A stretch of 64,000 nucleotides of DNA from an uncultured Sediminispirochaeta sp. (GCA_964632675.1 CAZWDV010000008.1:17725-81724); one strand, 5' to 3'; positions 35,980-45,105 are shown, counted from the stretch's first letter. Program-made: numbers and translations. Notes: generated from the letters alone by a model not told the origin.

Positions 35980-36819
35980 ATGAAATTGAAAGACAAGGTT
36001 GCAATAATAACCGGCGGAACCAAGGGAATCGGTTTCGGAATTGCCCAGGAATATGTACGCGAAGGTGCGAAAGTAGTGATCACCGGACGCAATGCCGAAA
36101 CCGGTGCGGCTGCAGAAAAAGAGCTGCAGAAAGCCGGAGGCGATGTTCGTTACGTGCAGTGTGACGTGTCGAAAATCGAAGACCTACAGATGATTGTCGA
36201 TAAAGCGGTAGAGTTCTACGGCCGGCTTGATATCTATGTTGCCAATGCCGGGATAAACGATTCTGATAAAACTCATTTTCTTGATATCACTCCCGAGCAG
36301 TATGACAAAATTATGGATGTGAATCTGCGCGGCATGTTTTTCGGCGATCAGCTTGCCGCCCGTCAGATGAAGCAGCAGGGTGACGGTGGAGCTATTATCA
36401 ATATGTCATCGGTAAATGCCTATCTGGCCCTGGATTCACAGATGGTCTATACCACCAGCAAAGGCGGCATTCAACAGATGACGAAGGTGCAGGCGGTAGC
36501 CTTAGCTCCGTATAACATCAAGGTGAACGCCATGGCCCCCGGTCCGATAGAGACCGAACTGATGCGGCGGGTTGGGTCCGACGAGCAGCTGATGAACACA
36601 ATCCTCAGCCGAACCCCGATGGGACGTATCGGAAGTACCCAAGAGTGCGGTCGCCTGGCAGTGTTTCTTGCTTCTGAAGATTCAAACTTCATATTCGGAC
36701 AGTCCATATACAATGATGGCGGGCGTGGGTTTCAGGCATATCCGACCCCCGGGTATAAAACTGTAACCGATGAAGATTATGAGCTGCTGCAACGTACAAA
36801 ACAGGATTCAAACAAATGA
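35980..36819 (+). CDS. Short-chain dehydrogenase/reductase (classical SDR)
   Basis: Start at ATG 35980 (SD AAAGAGG). TGGTKGIG cofactor motif, NAG, and the S...YTTSK catalytic triad region (Y-x3-K). Confidence 0.85.
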   Translation: MKLKDKVAIITGGTKGIGFGIAQEYVREGAKVVITGRNAETGAAAEKELQKAGGDVRYVQCDVSKIEDLQMIVDKAVEFYGRLDIYVANAGINDSDKTHFLDITPEQYDKIMDVNLRGMFFGDQLAARQMKQQGDGGAIINMSSVNAYLALDSQMVYTTSKGGIQQMTKVQAVALAPYNIKVNAMAPGPIETELMRRVGSDEQLMNTILSRTPMGRIGSTQECGRLAVFLASEDSNFIFGQSIYNDGGRGFQAYPTPGYKTVTDEDYELLQRTKQDSNK

Positions 36820-38237
36820 ACAAACCAAAAGTAGCGATAATCACCTTTGGTGATTATCGAAAGAATGAATGGGAAAAGGTGTTTAAAAATCTAACCGAAC
36901 CCAGACATAAAAAGGCAATCGACAATCTCAAGAAACTGCCGATCGAAGTGCTGTACAGTGAGAACGTATCCCGCACCCGGGAACAGATTACTGAAACCGT
37001 TGATGAGCTGAAACGACAGGGAGCCGAGTTTTTTATTGCCCACACTCCCTGTTGGACTTCGCCTAACTTGGCTGTGTACGGTGTTCAGCGCATGGGACTG
37101 CCGACGATCGTGTTGGGCAACCGCGACTCGGCCACGCATGGTAACGTCGGTTTCTTCGGAACCTGTGGTTCCCTCGGACAGATCGGCTATCCGCACAAGC
37201 GAGTGCGCATCGATTATGATGATCAGAACCTGGGTGCACGGGTCTTGCCCTATATTCGTGCCGCCATGGTGAAAGCACGACTAAAGGGTTCGGTTTTTGG
37301 ATACTTCGGAGGAAGATCCATCGGTATCGATACAGCCCAGTTTGATGCAATGCAGTGGCGTAAAATGTTCGGAATTGATGCTGAACACATTGATCAGCTC
37401 GAAATCGTACGACGGGCTAAAGAAGTTGATTATGAGCGGATTAAAAAAACCAGAGAGTGGCTGGAAGGCAGCACCAAAGAGGTGCAGTATAACGACGACA
37501 AACTGACAAAAGACGGTTTTGATTTTCAAATTGCCTGCTATCTGGCAACTAAAGATATTATCAAAGAGTATGACCTAGAGTTTACCGCCGTCAAATGTAT
37601 GACCGAACTCTCCCATCACTATGCACCGCAATGTATGACTGCGGCGCTTCTGCCGAGCGACTTTGATGCTGAAGAGGGTGAGAAAGAAGGAATCGTGATG
37701 GCTTGTGAAGCGGATGCTGATGCGGCCCTTACGCAGCAGATACTGAAAATCATTTCTGACGGTAAACCAACCTATTTCGCCGATGTAAGTCACATCGATG
37801 ATGCCCGCAGCACTATTTACTGTGTAAACTGCGGAGCGGCTTGCGCCTGGTACGGTGCTCGCAGCAGCGATCCGGCCGAGAATATGAAGGCGATTACCAT
37901 CAAACAATCGGTTCGACCGGGAGTGGGGGGAATTACCTATTTCACCGCTGCACCCGGACCGACCCAGTTGGCGCGCTTGTATCGCAAGGACGGCAAATAC
38001 TATATGGCCATTATTCCGAGTGAGGCGGTAGAGCCTTCACAGGATTTAATCGACGAGTTCGTGAAAGCACGCGGACCACACCAACTGCCGACCCTGTTTG
38101 CCAAGGTTAGTTTTGATTTGAATGCATTCGTCAATGAGTACGGCTCGAACCATATTTCGGGAGTAGACGGTTATTATGTAGATGAGCTGGTTGAAGTGTG
38201 CAAAATGCTGGACATAGAGCCAGTTGTATTTCAATAG
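36816..38237 (+). CDS. L-fucose isomerase-family (COG2407-like) sugar isomerase
   Basis: 473 aa. N-terminal VAIITFGD, CWTSP, GFFGTCGSLGQIG, MACEADADAALTQ (catalytic Glu context) and GSNHISGV (Mn-His context). 4-nt overlap with the SDR gene. Confidence 0.65.
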   Translation: MNKPKVAIITFGDYRKNEWEKVFKNLTEPRHKKAIDNLKKLPIEVLYSENVSRTREQITETVDELKRQGAEFFIAHTPCWTSPNLAVYGVQRMGLPTIVLGNRDSATHGNVGFFGTCGSLGQIGYPHKRVRIDYDDQNLGARVLPYIRAAMVKARLKGSVFGYFGGRSIGIDTAQFDAMQWRKMFGIDAEHIDQLEIVRRAKEVDYERIKKTREWLEGSTKEVQYNDDKLTKDGFDFQIACYLATKDIIKEYDLEFTAVKCMTELSHHYAPQCMTAALLPSDFDAEEGEKEGIVMACEADADAALTQQILKIISDGKPTYFADVSHIDDARSTIYCVNCGAACAWYGARSSDPAENMKAITIKQSVRPGVGGITYFTAAPGPTQLARLYRKDGKYYMAIIPSEAVEPSQDLIDEFVKARGPHQLPTLFAKVSFDLNAFVNEYGSNHISGVDGYYVDELVEVCKMLDIEPVVFQ

Positions 38238-38247
38238 AGGAGTAGAT

Positions 38248-39033
38248 ATGGAAATTACACATACAAACGCAGTGAAGAAACTGCTAAAAGAAAAAAAGAA
38301 AGTGTCCGGTTCCTGGGCCCAGGCGGCCAGCAACATCACCAGCCAAATTCTCGCTGAAGCCGGCTTTGATGTGCTTATGCTCGATATGGAGCATGCCCCC
38401 GGAGATATTCTCACTCTCATTTCCCAAATCCAGTCGATGCAGGGGTATCCTGCGGTACCGTTTGTGCGGGCTCCCTGGAATGACTTCGTGCAGATAAAAC
38501 GTATTCTCGATGCCGGCACTTACGGGGTTCTGGTACCCTATGTAAACTCCAAAACCGAAGCCGAAGATGCGGTAAAAGCCATGAAGTACCCCACCAAGGG
38601 GATTCGCGGCGTAGCCGGCAGCCCACGGGCGGCGCATTTCGCCAACAACTCTATTGACTACTTTAAGAGTGCCAATGATGAGATTGTGTTGATGACGGCG
38701 GTCGAAACCGGTACGGCAGTTGAAAATTTAGATGAAATTTTGGAAGTACCGGAAATCGACGGTATTTTTATTGGTCCCGCCGATCTGGCTACTAATATGG
38801 GCTATATGGCCGATGCTTCTCAGCCCGAGGTGCAGGAGGCTATCAAAACCATAGAACAAAAGGTGAACGCCTCCGATAAGTTTCTCTCCACAGTTGCAAA
38901 AGACTGGGACGACGCCCAGAAAAAATACGAGCGCGGCTACAATCTGTTGATGATGATGTCCGACACGACTACTTTGAGTAAAGTTGCTCGCGGGCTGGTG
39001 GGAGACTTTAACAAAAATTTTCCGCAGCGATAA
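38248..39033 (+). CDS. HpcH/HpaI-family class II 2-keto-3-deoxy-acid aldolase
   Basis: Start at ATG 38248 (SD AGAGGAG). GSWAQAASNITSQILAEAGFDVLMLDMEHAPGD, VRAPWND, GVLVPYVNSKTEAE, KYPTKGIRG, ETG and FIGPADLA match HpaI/RhmA/GarL-type aldolases. Confidence 0.85.
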   Translation: MEITHTNAVKKLLKEKKKVSGSWAQAASNITSQILAEAGFDVLMLDMEHAPGDILTLISQIQSMQGYPAVPFVRAPWNDFVQIKRILDAGTYGVLVPYVNSKTEAEDAVKAMKYPTKGIRGVAGSPRAAHFANNSIDYFKSANDEIVLMTAVETGTAVENLDEILEVPEIDGIFIGPADLATNMGYMADASQPEVQEAIKTIEQKVNASDKFLSTVAKDWDDAQKKYERGYNLLMMMSDTTTLSKVARGLVGDFNKNFPQR

Positions 39034-39076
39034 ATACCGGAGCCTGGGCGGACCCTATGCTCCGCGTAAAGAACTT

Positions 39077-39127
39077 AAAAAAAACAGCCGGAGGGCGGGA
39101 TCACCCGCCCTCCGGCTGTTTTTTTTT
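39077..39127. terminator. Bidirectional Rho-independent terminator
   Basis: A8 run, perfect 15-bp GC-rich stem CAGCCGGAGGGCGGG / CCCGCCCTCCGGCTG (39085-39099 / 39104-39118) with a 4-nt loop, then a T9 run. Sits between convergent genes ending at 39033 (+) and 39136 (-). Confidence 0.9.
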
Positions 39128-39135
39128 ATCTATTT

Positions 39136-40023
39136 TTAGAAGAGTGGGATGCCTTCGGCAGCCGTACGAATTGAATAGAGAGATGTGCGTGCTGTTAAGT
39201 ACAATGTTCTCATATCGGGACCGCCCCAGGTGAAATTGGCAGCTATTTCCGGTGTGTACAGCCGCCCGGCCAGTTCACCTTCTGCATTGAATACCTGAAT
39301 ACCTCGCGGGGCGCTGCAGAATAACAGTCCCTCCCGGCTGAATTTCATTCCATCTGCAACTCCCGGCCCGTCGGTTACCAGTTCAGCCCATACCTCGCCC
39401 CCCGAGACGCTGCCGTCGTGGTTAAAGGTGAATCGGCGGATATGCTGATGGGTGGAGTCGTTCACGAACAGCTCAGTTTCATCCAGACTCACGCAGAGTC
39501 CGTTCGGCAGAGAGAAATCGTCTGCCAGCAGAGTCAGCTCACTATTATTTGGGTTTAAAGAGAACAAACCCTTGAAATCGAGTTCCGGTTCCCGGGGAAT
39601 TCCTACACGACCGACTCGACCAGGAATAGGGTCTGTGAAGAGGATTGATCCATTTTTGCGTACAACTACATCGTTTGGACTATTTAAAGCTCTGTCTTTG
39701 AAGCGGGCTGCTAACACTGTTCTGGTACCATCAGTTTCGGTGCGGCTGACCGCGCTGGTGCCGTGTTCACAGGTAATCAGCAGCCCCTTGCGGTCGTAGG
39801 TATTGCCGTTTGAAAGATAGCTGTTGGGCCGCAGAACCTGTATGCCGCTCTGTGGAAACCATCGGTAAAGGGCGTTGCCCATAATATCGCTGAAGGTGAG
39901 GTGATGTTCATACGGGTGCCAGGCCGGACCTTCAAGGAAGCGGAAGTCCGTTGCAATTTGTGTAAATGGATAGTCCGGGTGAAAAAGGTTTTGCCCTTCC
40001 GGTAAAAAATGTTCGTAGATCAT
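39136..40023 (-). CDS. SMP-30/gluconolactonase/LRE-family lactonase
   Basis: 295 aa. FLEGPAWHP, NGNTYDRKGLLITCEHG, NSPNDVVV, LPNGLCVS and ADGMKFSREGLLF are six-bladed propeller lactonase blocks. Confidence 0.8.
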   Translation of the reverse strand: MIYEHFLPEGQNLFHPDYPFTQIATDFRFLEGPAWHPYEHHLTFSDIMGNALYRWFPQSGIQVLRPNSYLSNGNTYDRKGLLITCEHGTSAVSRTETDGTRTVLAARFKDRALNSPNDVVVRKNGSILFTDPIPGRVGRVGIPREPELDFKGLFSLNPNNSELTLLADDFSLPNGLCVSLDETELFVNDSTHQHIRRFTFNHDGSVSGGEVWAELVTDGPGVADGMKFSREGLLFCSAPRGIQVFNAEGELAGRLYTPEIAANFTWGGPDMRTLYLTARTSLYSIRTAAEGIPLF

Positions 40024-41036
40024 GCAAGTTCCTTTACTGTTCCTCTTTCTACTAGGCGGCCCTGCAAGAACTGGTGTGCAATCGGCATATCCTGATCTTC
40101 CAGAGCATCTAAGAGTACATTTATGGTGTTATCCACCAGTTTCTCGGTATATTGCAGGTAGGTAGTGAGGTTATAGTTGGGCCATGCGGCCATAGGGATG
40201 TCGTCGAATCCGACTACCGAAATATCTTCCGGTACTCTCAGATCCAACTCTTTCGTTGCTACGTCGATAAGTGCCATTGCCATATAGTCGCTCGAGCAAA
40301 ATACTGCGGTTGGTCGTTCACCATTTGTAAGGATCTCCCGGGCGGCATCCAAGCCGGAGGGGTATTCGAAGTCTCCCTCGGCACGTGAATAGAGTTGTAC
40401 TCCCGCCTCGTTCAAGCGTCCGATAAAGCCCTCTTCGCGATTGCGGTTGGTTGAACTTCCCCTTTCACCGGCTACGTAGGATATTCTGCGGTGCCCTTTG
40501 GATAAGAGGTAGCCGGCAATCTCCCGGCCGGCATTGCGGTTGTCGGTGCAGACTGAGTGCACATTTCCGCCTTCATTCACCCGGTTGAACAGTACCACCG
40601 GAGTTTCAAAGCGTATGCACTCTTCGACCAGTGGCGAGGAGAGAGTAGCGGAAGTAATAATTACGCCGTCGACCTGATATTGAAGGGCAACCGGAAGGGT
40701 GTCTTCAACCGCTTGGTTGCCGTTGATGTCGAAGAGCATCACGCTGTACCCGAGGCTCTGCAGTTTCTGGGTGAACAGATCGAGGGCGTGTACATAAAAC
40801 AGGTTTTCGAATTTTTGCAGAACGATACCGATTATTTTAGTAGAGTTCTGAATAAGGCTGCGGGCAATTACACTCGGCTTGTAATTGAGGTTTTCGGCAG
40901 CATCGAGCACGCGCCTGCGTTTGTCTTCGGATACTTGTTTGCCGGGAGTAAATACACGGGAAACGGTAGCCTGGCTGACGCCGGCCAGTATAGCTACATC
41001 GCGAGAAGAAACCCGTTTGTTGGTTTTATTTGCCAT
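40020..41036 (-). CDS. LacI/GalR-family transcriptional regulator
   Basis: Preferred start ATG 41036 (MANKTNKRVSSRDVAILAGVSQATVSRVF, the HTH at its normal position). The track start TTG 41105 adds 23 aa. Followed by a periplasmic-binding-protein-like effector domain. 4-nt overlap with the lactonase gene. Confidence 0.85.
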   Translation of the reverse strand: MANKTNKRVSSRDVAILAGVSQATVSRVFTPGKQVSEDKRRRVLDAAENLNYKPSVIARSLIQNSTKIIGIVLQKFENLFYVHALDLFTQKLQSLGYSVMLFDINGNQAVEDTLPVALQYQVDGVIITSATLSSPLVEECIRFETPVVLFNRVNEGGNVHSVCTDNRNAGREIAGYLLSKGHRRISYVAGERGSSTNRNREEGFIGRLNEAGVQLYSRAEGDFEYPSGLDAAREILTNGERPTAVFCSSDYMAMALIDVATKELDLRVPEDISVVGFDDIPMAAWPNYNLTTYLQYTEKLVDNTINVLLDALEDQDMPIAHQFLQGRLVERGTVKELA

Positions 41037-41063
41037 TAGAAGGTACCTGCTTGAATCATTTAT

Positions 41064-41077
41064 TGCATACGTAATCA
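41064..41077. promoter_or_regulatory. Operator-like palindrome S3, TGCATACGTAATCA
   Basis: 28 nt upstream of the preferred lacI-family start, an autoregulatory position. It would fall inside the coding region if TTG 41105 were the real start. Confidence 0.55.
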
Positions 41078-41228
41078 TACTATTCGTACTTAGAATTTGA
41101 GTCAAGCAAAAAAAGAGTTTTCCTTCATCATACTTCCGGGAACACGTGCATCAACAAAAGCCGCGCTGCCCGGACGCAACTCACTATAACGTACAAGATG
41201 TGTATTCCAATCCATATCTACCTCCTTC

Positions 41229-41242
41229 AGTATACGTATACA
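41229..41242. promoter_or_regulatory. Operator-like palindrome S4, TGTATACGTATACT (reverse strand)
   Basis: Contains the perfect 12-bp palindrome GTATACGTATAC. 165 bp from S3. 4 nt upstream of a GGAGG SD on the minus strand. Confidence 0.6.
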
Positions 41243-41501
41243 AAATAAGTATAGGTGTCTAGCTTTTAATATGCAAATTTTGGGTATTAAAAAACGTGGA
41301 CAAAATTGTCGAAAATGTGTGCGATCTTTCTTATTGTATTACATAACTGATACTAATTAGAATCAGTATAATAAAATAGTAAGTTTCTCATCCAGTCTAT
41401 CCGCAAAAACAGTGCGTGCATTAGTACTTTATAGCTTCGCGCGACAAAAAAAATGTATTTTTTATTTGCGTGTCACAGGTTTCCGTGGTACAGTAATAAA
41501 C

Positions 41502-42653
41502 ATGCCGACAAATGCCGACAAATCATATTTCCAAAACAATTTCCCTTTAAACCGGAGTTCCCGCTTTACTTTGCAGGAACAGCTGGTAAAGATACTGACG
41601 GAAAAGATTGCCCGGCAGGAGTATCCGGCTGGTGAGAGGCTCCCGTCGGTGCGGGCATTGGCAGAGATGTACAGTGTAAGCCGAGAAACCGCTAAATTGG
41701 CTATTGGCCTGCTGCAGAAACAGGGTTTGGTAGAGATCATGGCCAGTCGTGGTGCGTATGTGGCTGAGAAAATTCCGGAGCACAGCCAAAGGCAGAAAAC
41801 CGGCACATTCGGATTCGTGCTCGACCTGGGATCATCTTCAGAAGAAACAAACGATATTCATATCGTATATGACAAACTTTTACAGGAGTTCGACAGTCGG
41901 GTACGAGATTCCGGGTATTACCTGCTCACTTCATCTCTATGTTACGGAGCTTCTGTCGGGACTCAAAGACTTGCAGGGCTAATCGATAGAATTGACGGAC
42001 TGTTTGTAGCCGGATTGATCAACCCGGATTTCTACGAGTATTTGAAGCGGCTGCCTGTGCCGGTTGTAGCGGTGCTGCCGAATATAAAAATAGAAGATAT
42101 TGACAACATCGGCATCGACAGTGCGAAAACCTGGGCGAAAGCGGCCTTGCGGCTTCTCGAGGGTGGTCATCGGAAATTGGTGTATGTAGATGGGCCGGTG
42201 AAGTATTATCAAAAGAAAGAGCGTATCGCCGGGTGCCGCCGTGCAATTGATGAATACAGTGACTCCGAGGCTCTCGAACTGTTAGAGGTTGAAGCTGAAG
42301 GTTGGACACCTGAAACTGCAAAGAAAGCCTTTGCCGTCTTCCTGCGGGAATACGGGGCAGTTGATGCTGTATTAGCGGCCAATGACGTCATTGCCTCCGG
42401 AGTTGCCCAGGCCTGCCATGAGGACGGCCTACAGGTGCCTGATGCTATAAGTATTCTCGGCGCAAAAAACACAATTCTCAGCACGAGCATCAATCCTAAT
42501 TTATCGAGTATCGACTATCACTTCGACCATATTGCCAGAATTGCCGTGCGCCGTATGCTGTATAGAATTAATGAGGATGAGGTAGTTCCAACCAAAATTG
42601 AGTTTGCCGGCAGTTTAGTAGAGCGAGATTCGAGCAGGGATAAAAATGACTAA
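41502..42653 (+). CDS. AraR-type chimeric regulator (GntR wHTH plus LacI/PBP-type sugar-binding domain)
   Basis: Start at ATG 41502. GERLPSVRALAEMYSVSRETAKLAIGLLQKQGLVEIMASRGAYV is a GntR wHTH. The remainder is a Peripla_BP-like domain (GLFVAGL..., VAVLPN, DGPV, LAANDVIASGV). Confidence 0.8.
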   Translation: MPTNADKSYFQNNFPLNRSSRFTLQEQLVKILTEKIARQEYPAGERLPSVRALAEMYSVSRETAKLAIGLLQKQGLVEIMASRGAYVAEKIPEHSQRQKTGTFGFVLDLGSSSEETNDIHIVYDKLLQEFDSRVRDSGYYLLTSSLCYGASVGTQRLAGLIDRIDGLFVAGLINPDFYEYLKRLPVPVVAVLPNIKIEDIDNIGIDSAKTWAKAALRLLEGGHRKLVYVDGPVKYYQKKERIAGCRRAIDEYSDSEALELLEVEAEGWTPETAKKAFAVFLREYGAVDAVLAANDVIASGVAQACHEDGLQVPDAISILGAKNTILSTSINPNLSSIDYHFDHIARIAVRRMLYRINEDEVVPTKIEFAGSLVERDSSRDKND

Positions 42654-43752
42654 GAATGAGTTGAGCCAGCGGGCTAAGCAGCTGCATGATGAATCACTCT
42701 TTGTAGACGTGCATAACCACATTATGTTTGAGTACGCAATTCGCGAAGCCCTCGGCCAGACCGAGATTTTTGATAATTGGTATGCACCGCTGCTGCGCAA
42801 AGGCGGGATAAATGTGATTGCAACATCGGTAGGCGGAAACTCTCCCTGTGTATGCAACCTGACCGACAATCTGGTGCACGGTTCGCTCGAGCAGATAGAT
42901 ATGCTGCGGCGCGCGGAAGCGCAGAGCACTACCTTTCGCATCTGTCACAACGCAGTCGAAGTAAAGCAGGCGGTGTCGGAAGGTAAAATAGCTGTGATGC
43001 TGGCGATGGAAGGCGCTCGGGCGCTCGAAGGACTGGAGGACGAGGAGAGCCTGGTAATGCTGCGGACCTTTTATCGGCTTGGTTTGCGGGTAGTATGTAT
43101 TGTAGGCGGGGGCAGAACCCGCTTTGGTGACGGTATGGGCGAAGATCGTGCTCAGGCCGGCCTGAGCACTTTTGGAGTAAAGCTGGTGCAGGAGATGAAC
43201 CGGCTCGGCATGCTGGTTGATCTGACGCATATGACGGACCGGACCTTTTTTGACAGCCTCGAGGTGAGCAACCGGCCGGTAGTGGTCTCGCATATAGGTG
43301 TTCAAGCTGTGTGCCCGAATCCGAATAACTTGAGTGATGAGCGGATTCTGGCAATCGGCGAGAACGGCGGGGTCATCGGTATGGAAATGGTGAAAACCGA
43401 AATCAAGTGGAACTATCAGCAAAGCGATGAACCGGTCACCTGGGATGATGTCATCAGACACATTGACCACATTGCCGAACTCATCGGCACGGACCATATT
43501 GGACTGGGGCTCGATTATGACCATTTTCCTTTAGTAGATAATATTCATCGGGCAATGTGCCCTGGACCGGGTTCCATAGAAGGGTTTTATACAGGAATTC
43601 CTGAAACCAACCATATGCTTGATGAGCCAAATGATCTTAGCGAGAGTTATGTGATTGCCGAGTATCTGCTGCGGCACGGCTATTCTGATTACGATGTACA
43701 GAAAATTCTCGGCGGAAATATGATGCGTCTGTTCAGGGAGACTCTGGTATGA
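42646..43752 (+). CDS. M19 (renal/membrane dipeptidase) family protein, paralogue 1
   Basis: 368 aa. Family blocks FVDVHNH, AVMLAMEGA, VDLTHM, VVVSHIG...NPNNLSD, GLGLDYD. The metal-ligand positions are occupied, but H-x-D reads H-N-H and HPRN reads NPNN. Confidence 0.8.
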   Translation: MTKNELSQRAKQLHDESLFVDVHNHIMFEYAIREALGQTEIFDNWYAPLLRKGGINVIATSVGGNSPCVCNLTDNLVHGSLEQIDMLRRAEAQSTTFRICHNAVEVKQAVSEGKIAVMLAMEGARALEGLEDEESLVMLRTFYRLGLRVVCIVGGGRTRFGDGMGEDRAQAGLSTFGVKLVQEMNRLGMLVDLTHMTDRTFFDSLEVSNRPVVVSHIGVQAVCPNPNNLSDERILAIGENGGVIGMEMVKTEIKWNYQQSDEPVTWDDVIRHIDHIAELIGTDHIGLGLDYDHFPLVDNIHRAMCPGPGSIEGFYTGIPETNHMLDEPNDLSESYVIAEYLLRHGYSDYDVQKILGGNMMRLFRETLV

Positions 43753-44885
43753 GTCTGATAGTTGATGCACACCAGGAAATACTCGATGAGTTTGTATACA
43801 ACTTCATTTTGCACGAAGATGAGGTGGTTAGTGGCCAGCGCTCGCTGTTTGAAGAGACCTATCTGCCGGTGCTCAGGCAGCAGGGTGTCAAGTTCGTGAA
43901 TATGGCCGTTGGCGGAGATCATGTGGCGCAGATTCTCTACAGTGCTTCGGACTACCGTTTCTGGGATGCCCATAAAAAGCTGGATATCCTGCTGACTGAG
44001 CTTGAATTGGGGTGCCAAGCATTTATTCTCTGCCGGAGCAGTGCTGACATCGAACAGGTATTGAACAGCGATACCATCGGTATTTTTGCTACGATAGAAG
44101 GGGGCCGCCCCTTGCAGGGAAAGCCGAATTTGAACCTGCTTTCGAATTTGCGAAGTCTGTATCGGGCCGGGCTTCGCGGGCTCCAGTTGACCGGTAATGG
44201 TCGTAATCGTCTCGGAGACGGAGTAGGGCAGAGCCGCAGTGGAGGCCGTCTTACCAATTTCGGAGCACTGGTAGTGAAAGAAGCTAATCGGCTGGGAATT
44301 CTGCTGGATTCTGCACAGCTATCCGACGGTGGATTTTTTGATCTGGCAGAATTAACGGACAAGCCAATCATTGATTCGCATTCATGTGCAGCTGCTATTT
44401 GTTCGCATCCGCGTAACATCAGCGATGGCAGAATCAAAGTAATTGCCCAAAAAGGCGGAGTAGTCGGGCTGAGTTTTTTAGCAGCCTTAGTGGGTGACAC
44501 TCTGCCGGCTCCCGCAACCGATGATTTGCTGCGGCATCTCGATCATATTATTGAAGTTGCCGGGATAGAGCATGTTGCTTTAGGACCGGATTACAGTGCC
44601 TATAAGACACCTGTTCGGCGGGACATCATCAAGGGGTATGCGAACCGGGGGCCCTATTACTGCGATTTTGATAAATCAACACCCTTACAAAGTGAAAAGT
44701 ACCCCGGATGGGTAGAAGGTATTTATTACGGAATTCGTAAGAGTGATTACATTACTGAGCCCGATACGCATGAAAATTTTCCTCTGATAATAGATGCACT
44801 GCAAAAACATGGGTACAGCGCGGAAGAGGCTGATAAAATTCTCGGAGCGAATATGCTGCGGGTGTATAAGGAGGTGTTGAGCTAG
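43749..44885 (+). CDS. M19 dipeptidase family protein, paralogue 2 (divergent metal site)
   Basis: 378 aa, 4-nt overlap with paralogue 1. Blocks VDAHQE, FATIEGG, LDSAQLS (Gln where the family has the DLSH histidine), IIDSHSCAAAICSHPRNISD, ALGPDYS. Confidence 0.75.
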   Translation: MSLIVDAHQEILDEFVYNFILHEDEVVSGQRSLFEETYLPVLRQQGVKFVNMAVGGDHVAQILYSASDYRFWDAHKKLDILLTELELGCQAFILCRSSADIEQVLNSDTIGIFATIEGGRPLQGKPNLNLLSNLRSLYRAGLRGLQLTGNGRNRLGDGVGQSRSGGRLTNFGALVVKEANRLGILLDSAQLSDGGFFDLAELTDKPIIDSHSCAAAICSHPRNISDGRIKVIAQKGGVVGLSFLAALVGDTLPAPATDDLLRHLDHIIEVAGIEHVALGPDYSAYKTPVRRDIIKGYANRGPYYCDFDKSTPLQSEKYPGWVEGIYYGIRKSDYITEPDTHENFPLIIDALQKHGYSAEEADKILGANMLRVYKEVLS

Positions 44886-44923
44886 AATAGAAAGATAAAT
44901 CAGTGCAATTGGCTGAATTGTAC

Positions 44924-44937
44924 TGCATACGTATACT
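44924..44937. promoter_or_regulatory. Operator-like palindrome S5, TGCATACGTATACT
   Basis: 39 nt after the M19-2 stop and 250 nt upstream of the SBP gene 45188. Confidence 0.55.
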
Positions 44938-45066
44938 GATTGATAAAAAATAGAAAAACCTCGTAATTTGGGTCATGTGTCATTGATTCAAGGTATGAAG
45001 TGTGCAATTTCTTTCTTTTTAAAGAATTAAATCGAGTTTAGCTTAAAATATATCAACAATTTTTTC

Positions 45067-45095
45067 TTGACACCGCAGAAAACTGGGGCTAAACT
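45067..45095 (+). promoter_or_regulatory. sigma-70-like promoter of the 45188 ABC operon
   Basis: TTGACA (45067-45072), 17-nt spacer, TAAACT (45090-45095). Operator S6 starts 11 nt downstream, the same layout as at the 33892 operon. Confidence 0.6.
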
Positions 45096-45105
45096 TTTTC
45101 TATAC

